The notes beneath the pieces are model-generated. The model had not been told where the DNA came from. It did not search any database and was given only the letters and a program-made list of their open reading frames with translations. Made by a program: the position numbers and the translations under genes. A stretch of 63,996 nucleotides of DNA, the filler included, from Dimargaris cristalligena (Eukaryota): the NCBI GenBank assembly GCA_003614675.1. It is 6 parts of 6 records of this genome, joined end to end, with 100 filler letters (N's around TTAATTAATTAA, not from the genome) between each part and the next. Parts side by side here need not be neighbours in the genome. Positions count along the whole stretch, not along the records: positions 1 to 10,825 come from ML003150.1; positions 10,926 to 21,747 come from ML003151.1; 4 more parts are not named here. One strand, 5' to 3'. Each line of letters begins with the position of its first letter. Positions within the stretch are counted from its first letter, which is position 1. Shown here in pieces: positions 1-11,949 of the stretch.

Positions 1-411
1 CTTACTAGTTAGTATGAGGGGGTGAGCATATATAGTTTATTGAGGTAAATAGGGGGATATGAATAAGCTAAGGCTTGAACCAATCCCAGGAGGGCCTGGT
101 TATATATATGTGGGGATGGCTCCAGAGGGAGGTCCCAAGGGAAATATAACTAAGACTAAGGTGTGGATAGGTAAAGAATCTGACTGGATAACTTTGTATC
201 AGGAAGACTCTCATGGGAACTAGAAGAGTCTTAGATCAGCAAGTTGAGTGTTTGGGGTGTGAAGTGTCAGGGTTGAATGGGTGGGGTTATATAATAAATG
301 ATGACCCCATAGTACTGGGGGTGACTATGGGAGGGTTAATATGGCACTATAAGGCCTAATAAGGACAGGTGATCATTAGGTCTGGATTAAGTCAGATGAG
401 GAGGGCTGACA
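1..411 (+). mobile_element. Solo LTR family A, 3' ~410 bp (5' part outside window)
   Basis: Aligns by eye with the full copy at 48675-49257 (GGGAGGTCCC, CCCATAGTACT, CACTATAAGGCCTAATA) and ends in GGGCTGACA. Confidence 0.85.
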
Positions 412-3400
412 TATCCAACTGATTTTTTGTTGTAAGGCCTGGTTAAACCCTTGCCACATATATTACACAATTAACAGGACAACTTGGTCTACGGCCCTTA
501 TACTAAATGAATAATCAGCCCAATATATACTATCAATGGGACTCTTGAAATTAATTTACATGTGGGAGCACATGTAAATATCTTTTTTGTTAGGCTCAAT
601 GGTAAAGACCCTGGGGGAAAGAGGGTTGGTAAAATAGGTTGGCAAGCTATAATGGTAAAGTCGAGGTTTTCACTATAATTATGTTTGGGGATTATTCAAG
701 TCCCTTGCCCATTCTTGACACTGCATGGACCGGTTTAAAATGGTAATATATACAATTGGAGACTCTGCAATGTTGGTGAGAGGCAGGAAATTGGCTAATG
801 GAAAGCAACACAGTTATCAATAAATTAGCTGACACATCGGAAGGGTTTGCTAACAACCTACGCTGTTTGCACATCCGTATTTAGGGGAGGGATGAATGTT
901 TAAATGGGGGGGATGTCAGCCCTAGAGGGGGTCACATTAAAAATAACTGGCGAAATCGGACTAGGGGCCATGTCACAGCAATCGATCGTCTCCCGAGGTC
1001 AACCCAATCACAGTCTGTATAGATATTGGCGATCATCCCTTTGTTTTATAATGGATATCGCGGAATCGGGGATCTGCAACCACATGCCTAGGTTTCATTA
1101 TAAGCCCACTGGTAAATGCCATGATTCAAAGGCCGATATCTCCCATTACTAAAGTACCCTAGTGTTGGTGCCTCTTGGCTGCCGAATTCTCTAGTGTAAT
1201 ATGTCCAACGTGGTTGGTTTTAATGGCCAAGAAACAACAAAGAGATCTACCACGACACCCCGGCGCTTTAACATTAACTAACCCCCCTGCACTGGTATAT
1301 GGTCATAATATAACTTTGATACTGTTTTGATTACTAGTCTGACCATCCCATACATGGTGACCACCCCTACTTTACTAGGGAAAACTTAAACAGGGGGTAT
1401 AATGGCTATAAGGCGGTGTCTAATTCTTATCTTCACATTTACGGGAAACGGCAGTGTGGTTTATAAAAATTAGCCCGACGGAGTCTGCTACATCTAATTA
1501 TTATAGACGTGTGGAAGACACCCAATGCCTTAAATAAAAGTACAAAGCACTAGTGGAATATGGGATACCAAAATCTATGGTTAAGCCACTGGGGCTATAT
1601 GTGCTGACTAATACTACCCAGGCGGCCTGTTTCTGCTGATGAATATAATGAATATGCAGTGCCCATATGAAGTTATGGAATATCCAGTTGGTCTACCACA
1701 AGGTTATCTAATGGTTCACCGAATATAGTAGGAGAAGTTGCAGTCAGACTAGTTAACTGGATGGTTTGACTATAAGGCCTTATGGTAGCACCAAACCGCA
1801 CCCACCTACTACTAGGTTATAATTTAAATTCTGATAATAATAAAAGTACCCTTGGTAACTTGCTAATTAATGGATATTACAGAAAATTAAGCACTGGGGT
1901 TCCAGGATTAGGATTTTTCTCGTATAACCCACAACTGAGTACTCAGCTTTAGGGCCTGAGTAAACTGTAGTACACTATCAGATAGTAAGTAGTGTTAGCC
2001 CTGGTAGTGGATATACACTAGCCCCTTCTTTCCTCTTGTATTTCAAAAAAACAACTATCGACATTCGATACTTATTTTTATGCTATACAGTTATATAAAG
2101 CGCTACACATGGATGGTATGGAATACTTTCTACAATCATCTCCATCGCCCTTAACTTAGCTGTTACCCTAACCGGGCTCTAGTGTAGTGTAGCACCTTCC
2201 CCAAGACAATATTTGGTGCCATGGTGATAAACTACCCAACCCAGCCAATGTATAAGGTATTCCTCTACTATAGTTTGGCTATTAATCGGAAGAGTCTTCC
2301 GATTCGCTTCAGAATTTTCTGGATACTAGTAGTCACCGCTTAGTGCTACTAATGCTATTCATATATGTTTTTTTAGCATCGTCCCCACATAAAAGCATTT
2401 TCCTAGGCTACCAATTGTTATTATTGGAGTCATTTTTACTTTCTTTATCCTTATAGACACATTATATACCCCCCCCCGATCGGCGCCCTGCTCTACAATT
2501 CCCATCTTTTTTGCATCCCCGGCCCCTCACTAGTAAACCCCAATCAAGACAACCACTGGTGCTATATCCTTCGGAAGCCCATCTACATAATCCCAGGTGC
2601 AGTACCAGAACAACTGGTCGCTGTAATCGGCCAAGCATGATAGAACAGCAATGGTAAATTACGCCTTAACAAACTATTTTCGTACTATATGATGCCGAAG
2701 AAACTTAGCGCATAAATAACCATACATTACCTACCCGATGCAACGATCTTAAAACTGATCCTTGGAGCAACGTTGCTACAATGTACACTAAACACTAAAA
2801 ACCCAAGGTTACTCGATGACCCACGATCGTATTACTACTTTTTATTTAGTAAAGCATCCTAAGTATTTAGCCCTTAGAGCGGGTGGTTATCAACCACAAA
2901 ATGGTACACATGCCGAACTTTATGGTCCCGTGGCTATTGTCTTGTCCTCAAATATTATACACTCTGGTGTATGCTTCAGGAGGGCCTTTGCATTACTATT
3001 TGGCGCTATTCTACCCATAACCATTATTATTTTTTGCAAGCCGGCTATTGTATTGACAAAGACCACTTTTCTAGACGACTGGTATTTTTATTGCAGTCGA
3101 TGGGATTAAAACGTCACTCCTTGTGTAATATTACCAATACGGGAGACCTATCTTCTAGAGCAGTTATATTTGGCAATGAGTGAGTCAAGAGCATAGGCTA
3201 AGGGACATGGGTCGGCATCTCTTCGCGGTACCCACGATGACCCACCTCTGAACAATACCATGCCTAGAGTAAACGTAGGCATTACGCCCGGTTGACCTAT
3301 CCAATTTTGTACGTCGAGACTCCGATGTATTGCTTTTAAAGGTCACTTTTCGTGAATGTTGCTGCCCCCCATGGTCAACAAAGCTACGCCACTCTTCCAT

Positions 3401-6400
3401 GCCCACGGAAAAAAGCGATACTCTAGCCAGGAATGCTAAATACGATTACTGACCGGGCATTCTAAGATGAAATTTTAACCGGCCAATCATTTAGCTGGGG
3501 TCCTTGAATGTAACGACACTATGGTGCTGGTGTTCCACGGCTAACTACTTAATAGAGATACGTGGGTACGAGCATTATTAACCATTTTTCGAATAAGAAT
3601 ACTCATTGCCATTACAATTATGGGTAAATGGACTGGGCAGTCTAGTGGTTGGTGACTCCTCCACCAAGTTATTTACCGAACTGTTGAAGTGTGCTTCCTA
3701 TTAACACTTTGAGGAATTCGGCCATTTGGTTTGTTGGGCTGGTTCAGGGCCCTAATCACAGCCGGTAGGTCTTCTTCTGTGGTGTTGTTTAACCTATATT
3801 TCTGACTTTATATAGTAATTACAGGTTATTTTGGTCATCGTTTTATTGTACCTCTCTTCCCCTATTCACTCCGCTACGGTGTATCGCCTGCTTCCATCTC
3901 GAGAGTTGGAAGCCCGGCGACTCCACCAACCTAACTTCAGACTTCTACTTCGTTTTATTGGGACTAACTAGGATGCGACACTACTTCGACTCGATTCCAG
4001 AATTCAAACTGACCTAAGTTCAATTATAGGGCTAGAGTGCTGAGAAATATGGAAGCATAGAATACAAACCTGCTTGGGATTTAACCAGGCTTACCGGTAG
4101 CCTTGCATAATTGTACTATATTTCTTTCCAGGGCGACATTGCAACGATAATCACACTAAAACTGGATACTAAACGACCGCTAAACTGTGTCGGTGCAGAC
4201 AGTTGTTCTTCCCTAGGGAAACTGGATCGCCGTTGTATGTACTTAAAAAGACCGCCCCTACACGATATAGTCCGACCCTCGAGTTACACCAGGTTGCTAT
4301 GCTAGGATAGGAAGTGCCAAGATCCATTCCTGCTGTACCATTGCGCTAGGTCTATTCTAAACGAAGGAAGGCTGGGTAATCAAGTCACTTAGGTACATAT
4401 AGTATTAGTTAAGGGAACCCGTGTATCACCAGAAGGGAAATCGAGCCCAAAAATGCCCCTCTCCCCCTGCACTTAAGAAACACGGATAGCCAAAGGAGTA
4501 TAATTTAATGGAAGTATTGTCGAGTGTGGTTACCTTAGCATGTTAATTCCCTTTAGTGAATCCATGGCATTGGTCAAACACATAATCCCTCAACAGCGGG
4601 TTATCCAAAAAAAACACCAGTGGACAACGAATGTGGTGTTAGGTGTGCCCCTCACACCCAGGTTTCTCCGATCACACTGACTACCGAAGAGTATATAATA
4701 GGTTTAGGTAGGTTTGTCACAGTCAATTGCCCCACTCGGGCTGTGTGGTCAATTTAGCGATTAGCAGGGTTAATAAGCTCAGTAAGATCAAGTGGAAAAG
4801 GGTGATCTCAACCTAAAGGAATAGACCGATGGACGAGTTGCAACGAGCACCGCTAGTCTTGCTCATCGGTAGTGCGCACAGTCCTTGCGAGCAAAAAGGG
4901 AGAGAAGGCTGGCCCGCGGACTAATTTATCCCAAAACAGTAGAGTTGCCCATCCATACTCCCCTTAACTATGGGAACGTGGATAAGCACCCAAAGAAAGG
5001 GGAAGGGGCACTGGGTAGCGCGAAGGTTTCCCCCCTACATTTGCCCGTGAGAGCCATAGAACTTGGCGACTGGGTAAGGTAACCCCCCCCCCTCCCCCCT
5101 AAAATAGACCTGATCTCCGGGGAAATGGTAGTAAGCAAATTCTGGATTCAGGGATCGGCATTACTGTGACCGTGGCCATTCAATACATGATCTAAGCCAG
5201 CGGGGCGTTCACCCTCCCCCTTCCCATACAACGCCCTTACCCTCTTGAACGCATGAGTTGGCTCAAAACAGGGCTACACGTAAAAAAGGGATCGCCAAGG
5301 GGCGGGGGAAATATAGCTTCACTTTGTTTCAAAGGTTTGCTGAGCGGATTCAAATGCAATAGAGTGTCGGAGATGAATGCCCATCGCAGTCGCTGGCAAC
5401 CGTCCCCCCTCCTTTCGCTATTTCCAAAACAAACAACCTAATTCTACTTTATTTTTGGTTTTTGACGACGATACCAGGAAATATTCCAGTATTGTGAAAT
5501 TCTATCGTCCAACTCTGAGTCTAGGAATTGATGAGTGAAGGTCATCTTATTCTAAAGAGCAATACATCAATATTTGCCCAAAGGATAAATACGCCGGGAA
5601 ATATCGCTCGTATTCCTATATATAAGAATGGTAACAGTGTCTCGGATTTTGTCCCTACCGTACAACCAAAACCCGCCCTGGCCCAGTTTTTAAATGGTGA
5701 GTGGGTTTTGAACAATTAGGTCGATTATGGAAAAGGGTCAGATTGATTGAGCTACTAGTCATAACGACATGAAACATGGATATAAATGTCAAGGAGTGTA
5801 CGGTGGCTGGGGATTGGGCTACATGCCGGCTTTACAAGGCGCTGAACGGACTCGTTAAGACCAGAATAAACTTGCTAGTGGATAGTTCTTTTTAGAAACT
5901 CTTTGAGCGGCTGTCTTAACTATTGCGGAAATACACCCTCTCTAGCCCAACTCCAATCCTTAAAGGGCCGTGTAGCTTTCATCACATTACTCACTGCCTG
6001 CAGCTAAAGGGATGGTATCCGCATTGCCAGACGACACTCGCCCCCGCTTTAGCCCTGGTACTTAATTGCGGGTACTAGAGGTTTTACTGTATGTGTCAGG
6101 AGATGCTGTTCCGTCGACTTGACCCAAGGGTATGTTCACTACCGAGGTAAATAGTGACGTATGTCGGTAATCATTGTATAACCCATTATTTAACGAACCA
6201 CGCATACTTGCCGATTATAGTATGGCTGCCCCAAAGGGGCTATTTTTTGAGTATCGTCAACTTGGGTAGGTCAAACAGCCGCGTCAACCCTCGTTGATTT
6301 AAAGTATGGCTAGATGCCTGGTCAGTGAGTAGGTAAGGGCATCCACATACAGTGGGGTCGGAATTCCAACAAGGGCCATGTGGGCCACTAGTTGTTAAGA

Positions 6401-7787
6401 AAGCCCACCGCAACAGTAAAAAAACGTAAATATACCTGACGAGGATCGGGACTGAGCCATTACCAGGCACTGTGGCTTTTATCGGATTAGTTGGTAAGTG
6501 ATTATGCAAAAATAGGGTGTCTATGTACAATTTATCCCCCAAATAAATAAATAAAATGTAGTGAATCTCTCTAACACTTCAATACTCTTTCCTTTTTCAC
6601 ATGAATTTAACCACAAACGGGGACTCATCCACTCTACTACGTCGAGTCACCAGTATGGATAAATACCGCTGGCTAGCGAATGATGATTGAGAAGGGAGTG
6701 TCACTGATTAGTCGTGGCGGATCCCTTCGCGATTCAACCGGCCTCAATGGGAAAAACGCTCACGAAGTGGCTTCACGTTAGGAACTCGGGTTATTGTATA
6801 GATAGACCGGGCGGAGTTGCTACGGCCATCGGGTCTCCTCTAGTCCAATAGGCCTTGCATCAACATCCAATCTGATGGCGGTGTATTCAGCCACGAGGGC
6901 GCCGGTACCAGGCTCTACACTGGGTAACGAGAAATACCCCCCTCCCCTCCTCACATTGTCCCTCGCCCTGTCATTGAAACACGGGATTTCAAGAATGCCT
7001 ACTCCATTCTCACTCTCATCTAGACCAGGTCTATTCTTATATTCGGGAAGCATGGCTCTTCTTTCTACTACCAACAACGTTTAAACCTAGCTAACCATTT
7101 TAAAGTGAAATGAAAACAGGTTGGTATGCTGAGTAAGTGTGAGGACAATGTCGAACCATGTTGAGTAAAAGATATAGTTTAATGTAATCCCCAATTGCAT
7201 GTTGCATTAGTGCTGAATAAATATCATTTGTACTATGTATAGGTTTATCTTTAATGAGCGGGACTGGGCCTGGACTGGAAATAAAAACCGTACTAGATTG
7301 AGTCAGGAAAGAACAATAAATCATCCTGCATTTTTGACTGTCATTGATTAATTGTTATCCAACTACACCCCTAAGGCTTCCTCCCTGCCTTCGAATTTAA
7401 TGCATGATTTTGGTTTTTGTTTTATTCGTAGACCACCTCTCCCTTCAAGAATGACATTTTCCGCTTCTATCCATTGGTATGGCTGTGAAAGGGGGTGGAG
7501 TAAGGAGTGGGCTTCCTGACCCGGTTGGGAAAAAAAATCGATTCAGTGCGTGTCCATAAAGGGTAGGCAAACATGAAGGTAAGGTAGGTGTTAGTTTTTG
7601 GGTAGGGAGGGGGGGCTTTCGCGACCTTTTACCTTCTCTTTCACACCCGTTTAAACTAAGACTACTACTACTATTTAGTTGCAACCAAGGTGATCGTACC
7701 CTAAACTCGAATTCAGCGGAGTGCACTACGGTCTTGGTCATCGAACAAGGGGGGATTGGGGGAGTGGATTGCCCACATGGCAAGTAG

Positions 7788-7796
7788 TATATAAAT
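7788..7796 (+). promoter_or_regulatory. Putative TATA box of the 7TM gene
   Basis: TATATAAAT followed by a pyrimidine-rich tract about 280-300 nt upstream of the in-frame ATGs. Confidence 0.4.
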
Positions 7797-8090
7797 ACCT
7801 GGTCGGTCGCCCGCTCACTATCTCTCTACACTTCAGATTGCCACCATTCTAACCATCCCATCTTCATCCTATCCGCAACCACCACCACCACCGTCACCTC
7901 CTCGCCCTTTGATCAGTGCCAACTACTCCGGCATTCCGCATTTTCTTATTACTCGCCATCCTAGCATCACATTTTCTATAGTTAAATATTTAAATAGCAT
8001 CCATTTCCCCCAGCTCCCCATCATCCGCATTTGGCGTTTATTCTATTACCTATATTATCAGCCATGCTCAACTATATTTGGACTAACCCA

Positions 8091-10220
8091 ATGGCTTGGG
8101 CCCAACTTGTCCTGGGTATCTTAATTATTAATACACTTCCAACGGTCCAAGCCCGAGTGGACATTTTGACTCCTATCCCAAACATTCCCACTCAGCAGCC
8201 ATCCATCGACTTTTACTATGACCAGGTCTCGCCGTACAACAGCACGGGCCCTCTGGTCCAGATTGACATTGGTCCCAATTGTGTCATTGACGCGTCAGCC
8301 GTGCCTGAACTCGACAATGACGACTGGCTGACTTTAGTTGCGCCCAATACCAAAACAACCAATATTGGGACCACCATTTTCTTTGAACGCCTCCAGTTTA
8401 TCGCAGCCGGCTGCTATTCATTTACGCAGCTCATGAAGCAAATCCCCGCCATCCGGCCTACCCTGACCGCCAAGGGCTACCCTCAGCTGAAGGTGTCCCT
8501 GTTTTCCTGTGTGTTATTCGCCAACACGACGTTCGGTGGCCTTGATTACGAGGTCATCGATGATTACTATTACCATCGACCCACCGGCGTAGAAATTGCC
8601 CAGATTGGGCTCGACACGGGCATCATGTACAGTCAGACCCTGCTGCACATGCGTAATCAAACGGCTCTGACGAACCAAACCTACACCCCTCTGGTGGTGC
8701 AGGTCACCCAGGAACCCGGGGCCTGGAACGATTTGCTGCTATCTCAGTCATTTAGGTCGTACACCATTTTCTACCACATCTCCTTTGCGCCCCCGATCAT
8801 TTACGCCATTTACGAATTCTTCCGCCTGCTTATTAAGAGCAAGTGCCGATTCCAGCCCCGTTTCTTTATTTTCCTGGCAGCCATTTTTTGTCTGGCGGTT
8901 TCGGCCATTCTACCTCCCACCGCAGCTCTCTCGCGCGTTCAAAATGCCTTCCGCTATATTTCCTTCATGGTGGGATACAACTCGCTTTATATTGTGCTGC
9001 TAATGTGGATTCGTATCATGCAAAAGATTATGCGTCGGTCGTACGTCCGGTACTTGATTTGGCTCATCTACTTTGTCATTTTTACGAGTTTGACAGCCAA
9101 CTTTATTCTGGTGATCTGGTCCATCACCCAAATTTCCGTTCTCGTTTACATCGGCTGGGGTATTCACAGCTACGTTTCGAGTGTTGCAATTTACGTTATG
9201 GCCGTCGTACTGGTTCCCTACGGCTTTTTGATCGTGCGTAACTTAAAGCACATGAACATTCCGAATGATACCCGTGAGGCCCTCATCACCCTATCGAGTC
9301 TGTCCTATGTCGGCTTCGTCGGGGGACTGATGGTATCGGTCGCCATGATGTTGATTATTACCTCTATCACGCAATATATCTCAGTGTGCCTCATCCGTTC
9401 GGCCCTGTTCCACGTATCGGCGCTGCTGATGTTCACCTCGGTCTTTTGGATCCTCCGGGTTCGCGATTCGTCTCCACTCCGCCGCCGGCACCTGAATCTG
9501 GTATCGGGCAGCGAATCGAACGACGATGGCGCTTGTGACAATGGCCATATTAACTATACTCCCAAAATTAGCCAACCGATCGGATACCGCCACGAAGAAA
9601 CCAGTATCCGCCATGGCCTGCAGGACCTGTGGAATAATTCCATGCGGGGTTTGAAGAACCCTTCGACCAATCCGGACTGGGATCCCCAGATGCCTAAACC
9701 CATGGCCGTCCCTTGGTATACCCGCTGGTTGGGGATCAAGGATAAGCGGTCGCAACCGACACCACCCCCTGGCCTCCCCCTACACTATTCAACCTACCTC
9801 CGCCCGCGTGAGGATCCCCACGAACCCCCCACCCCGGCTATGTACACCTCGACCACATCAACCAGCTCCACCTCCCACCTCAACAGTACTTCGAAATCTC
9901 CGTCACTGTCAAAAGCCGACTATTACTTCCCCGGTGGCTACTACCCCAATTCGGGCTACTCGGCCGTCCAGAGAAGCCATCGCCATTCATCGTCGGCTTC
10001 CACCATTTCCGCGGAACCCCGGACTAAGTACCTGAACGGGGATGATGACTACCCCAATCCACTGAACTACTTTGCCGCCGGCCAGATGGAAAGCCCGTCG
10101 ACGGCGTCGACTACTCCCCAACTGTCCAAATCGTCGACCGCCAACAATTCGGCCAAGCCTTCCTCAACGAATATTAACGGCCAGTACCACGATGACCAAC
10201 CAGGGGCCGATTCTAAATAA
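8091..10220 (+). CDS. Signal peptide + ~220-aa ectodomain + 7TM + Ser/Pro-rich tail; GPCR-like membrane protein of unknown family (alternative ATG 8064)
   Basis: Intronless ORF of ~710 aa. MAWAQLVLGILIINTLPTVQA is signal-like. Seven hydrophobic segments run from SYTIFYHISFAPPIIYAIYEFF to SALFHVSALLMFTSVFWILRV. N-glycosylation sequons (NST, NTT, NQT) lie in the N-terminal domain. Confidence 0.85.
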   Translation: MAWAQLVLGILIINTLPTVQARVDILTPIPNIPTQQPSIDFYYDQVSPYNSTGPLVQIDIGPNCVIDASAVPELDNDDWLTLVAPNTKTTNIGTTIFFERLQFIAAGCYSFTQLMKQIPAIRPTLTAKGYPQLKVSLFSCVLFANTTFGGLDYEVIDDYYYHRPTGVEIAQIGLDTGIMYSQTLLHMRNQTALTNQTYTPLVVQVTQEPGAWNDLLLSQSFRSYTIFYHISFAPPIIYAIYEFFRLLIKSKCRFQPRFFIFLAAIFCLAVSAILPPTAALSRVQNAFRYISFMVGYNSLYIVLLMWIRIMQKIMRRSYVRYLIWLIYFVIFTSLTANFILVIWSITQISVLVYIGWGIHSYVSSVAIYVMAVVLVPYGFLIVRNLKHMNIPNDTREALITLSSLSYVGFVGGLMVSVAMMLIITSITQYISVCLIRSALFHVSALLMFTSVFWILRVRDSSPLRRRHLNLVSGSESNDDGACDNGHINYTPKISQPIGYRHEETSIRHGLQDLWNNSMRGLKNPSTNPDWDPQMPKPMAVPWYTRWLGIKDKRSQPTPPPGLPLHYSTYLRPREDPHEPPTPAMYTSTTSTSSTSHLNSTSKSPSLSKADYYFPGGYYPNSGYSAVQRSHRHSSSASTISAEPRTKYLNGDDDYPNPLNYFAAGQMESPSTASTTPQLSKSSTANNSAKPSSTNINGQYHDDQPGADSK

Positions 10221-10825
10221 TACTATTAGTCCCATTATTAATGCATTCCTATTTATTCGCTGTAACCCAGTATAATGTTTATTCGTTGTTGTTTTACTTA
10301 AATTCTTCTTCCGTACCACCCCCATCGATCCTCTTCTAATATGATAAATTAAAGCGTGTTAATGACTATATCACATCCCCTTCTAAACCACAATGCCCCG
10401 GCCTCGTCGCACTCTAATACAGTCCATCCCTATCAATATGCCTCACACATTATATGAATCTATATGGCCCAGTGGCAAGTAAATGGGAAATAATGGGGTT
10501 GTGCTTCCATTTGTATTGTTGATTTGATTAGATCATTGGACATGTCTGTTGGGCAATTGAGCTGGTATTTTTCCATCTATATTACTACAATACAATGTGT
10601 CTGTGTGTTGGTATGTGAAGTTCCTATCTTCTTGTTTTAATGGGTTCAGAATCCCCCTGATGATCAGTGCTGCTGATGGTACCCTTTAGAATATGGATTC
10701 ATTCTACTTATTTCACTAGATTTTAAACTTTTCTGTTGTGATATAGCCAAATGGCTATAGTAGTATTTGGCATTGTCCTATTTATTTTTACTCTTTTAAT
10801 TGAAAACCACTGTCCATATTTAGGT

Positions 10826-10925
10826 NNNNNNNNNNNNNNNNNNNNNNNNNNNNNNNNNNNNNNNNNNNNTTAATTAATTAANNNNNNNNNNNNNNNNNNN
10901 NNNNNNNNNNNNNNNNNNNNNNNNN
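10826..10925. other. Artificial contig spacer (44N-TTAATTAATTAA-44N)
   Basis: Identical 100-nt linker, with stops in all six frames, occurs five times. Confidence 0.98.
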
Positions 10926-11244
10926 GCCTGGTTATATATATGCAGGGACAGCTCCAGAGGGAGGTCCCAAGGGAAATACTACTAAGGCTAAGGTGTGGAT
11001 AAGTAAAAGAGTCCAACTAGATGACTTCATATTGGGAGGACTCTCATGGGAACTGGAAGAGTCTTGGATCAGTAAGTTGAATATTTGGAGTACAAAGTAT
11101 TGGGGTCAAATGAGCAGGGTTAAATAATAAAGGATAACCCCATAGTACTGGGGGTGACTATGGAAGGATTAATATGGCACTATAAGGCCTAAATAGGACA
11201 GGTAATTGTTAAGTCTGGATTAAGTTGGATTAGGAGGGCTGACA
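10926..11244 (+). mobile_element. Solo LTR family A, 3' half at contig start
   Basis: Matches the family A core and ends GGAGGGCTGACA. Confidence 0.85.
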
Positions 11245-11363
11245 GGAATAAATGTCTTTAGATCAATGCTTAGGTAAAATGAACATAATCCACTAGTAGA
11301 AACTGGGGGATAGGCTTAGTGGCCCATATGGGGTAATAGCTGTTACTATGACATAGTAATATA

Positions 11364-11949
11364 TATTGGACTATCTAATCTACCTTAATGTAGTTAGCTT
11401 AAATTCCCAACCCTATTAGGCCTTATAGCACTATATTAGCTTTCCCATAGTTACCCCCAGTACCATAGGATCATCCCTTAATATATAACCATTCCCCTAC
11501 CCAGACTCTACCTATTTATACTAATCACTTAAGTACTAATTCATTAGCCTCTTCTGGCTACTATCTGAGTCTTCTGGATACTAGTAGTCATCTGGTTAGC
11601 CTATTCACTTATACCTTAGCCTTAGTTATATCCTTCCCTTGGGACCTCCCTCTAGAGTAATCCCTATATACATATAACCAGGCCCCATTGGGACCAGTTA
11701 GATTCCTTAGCTTATTCTTACCCCTAGTTTACCCCCACTAAACTCTATATATATTCACTCCCTTTATACTAACTAGTAAGGGTACCTATTACATATCCCT
11801 TGAATATGCCTGCTACTAGACTTTATTAGTTAATACTATACCCTGTACCTAATGCTAATGACCTGCTTAGCCAAGCCTAAGCCCTACCTACTGTTAGAAG
11901 CCTATCCTTAGGACTCTTGATGGTCTAAGAGTGGTTAACCCAGGTGACA
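11364..11949 (-). mobile_element. Solo LTR family A, full length, reverse
   Basis: Ends ...GTGGTTAACCCAGGTGACA, the reverse complement of the family 5' end TGTCACCTGGGTTAACCAC; ~586 bp. Confidence 0.85.

Noticed and set aside
2140..2350. Very old family A-like remnants (also near 16880-17040)
   Set aside because: Only short word matches such as TTCTGGATACTAGTAGTCA; boundaries cannot be defined.
2700..3183. Possible tyrosine-recombinase relic (LKTDPW, DHFSRRLVFLLQSMGL)
   Set aside because: Motifs lie in different frames among many stops and no catalytic HxxR or Y is found; too weak without an HMM search.
10870..10881. TTAATTAATTAA recurring every ~10.9 kb, as a possible biological periodic motif
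   Set aside because: Always centred in exactly 44+44 N; it is a six-frame-stop assembly linker.
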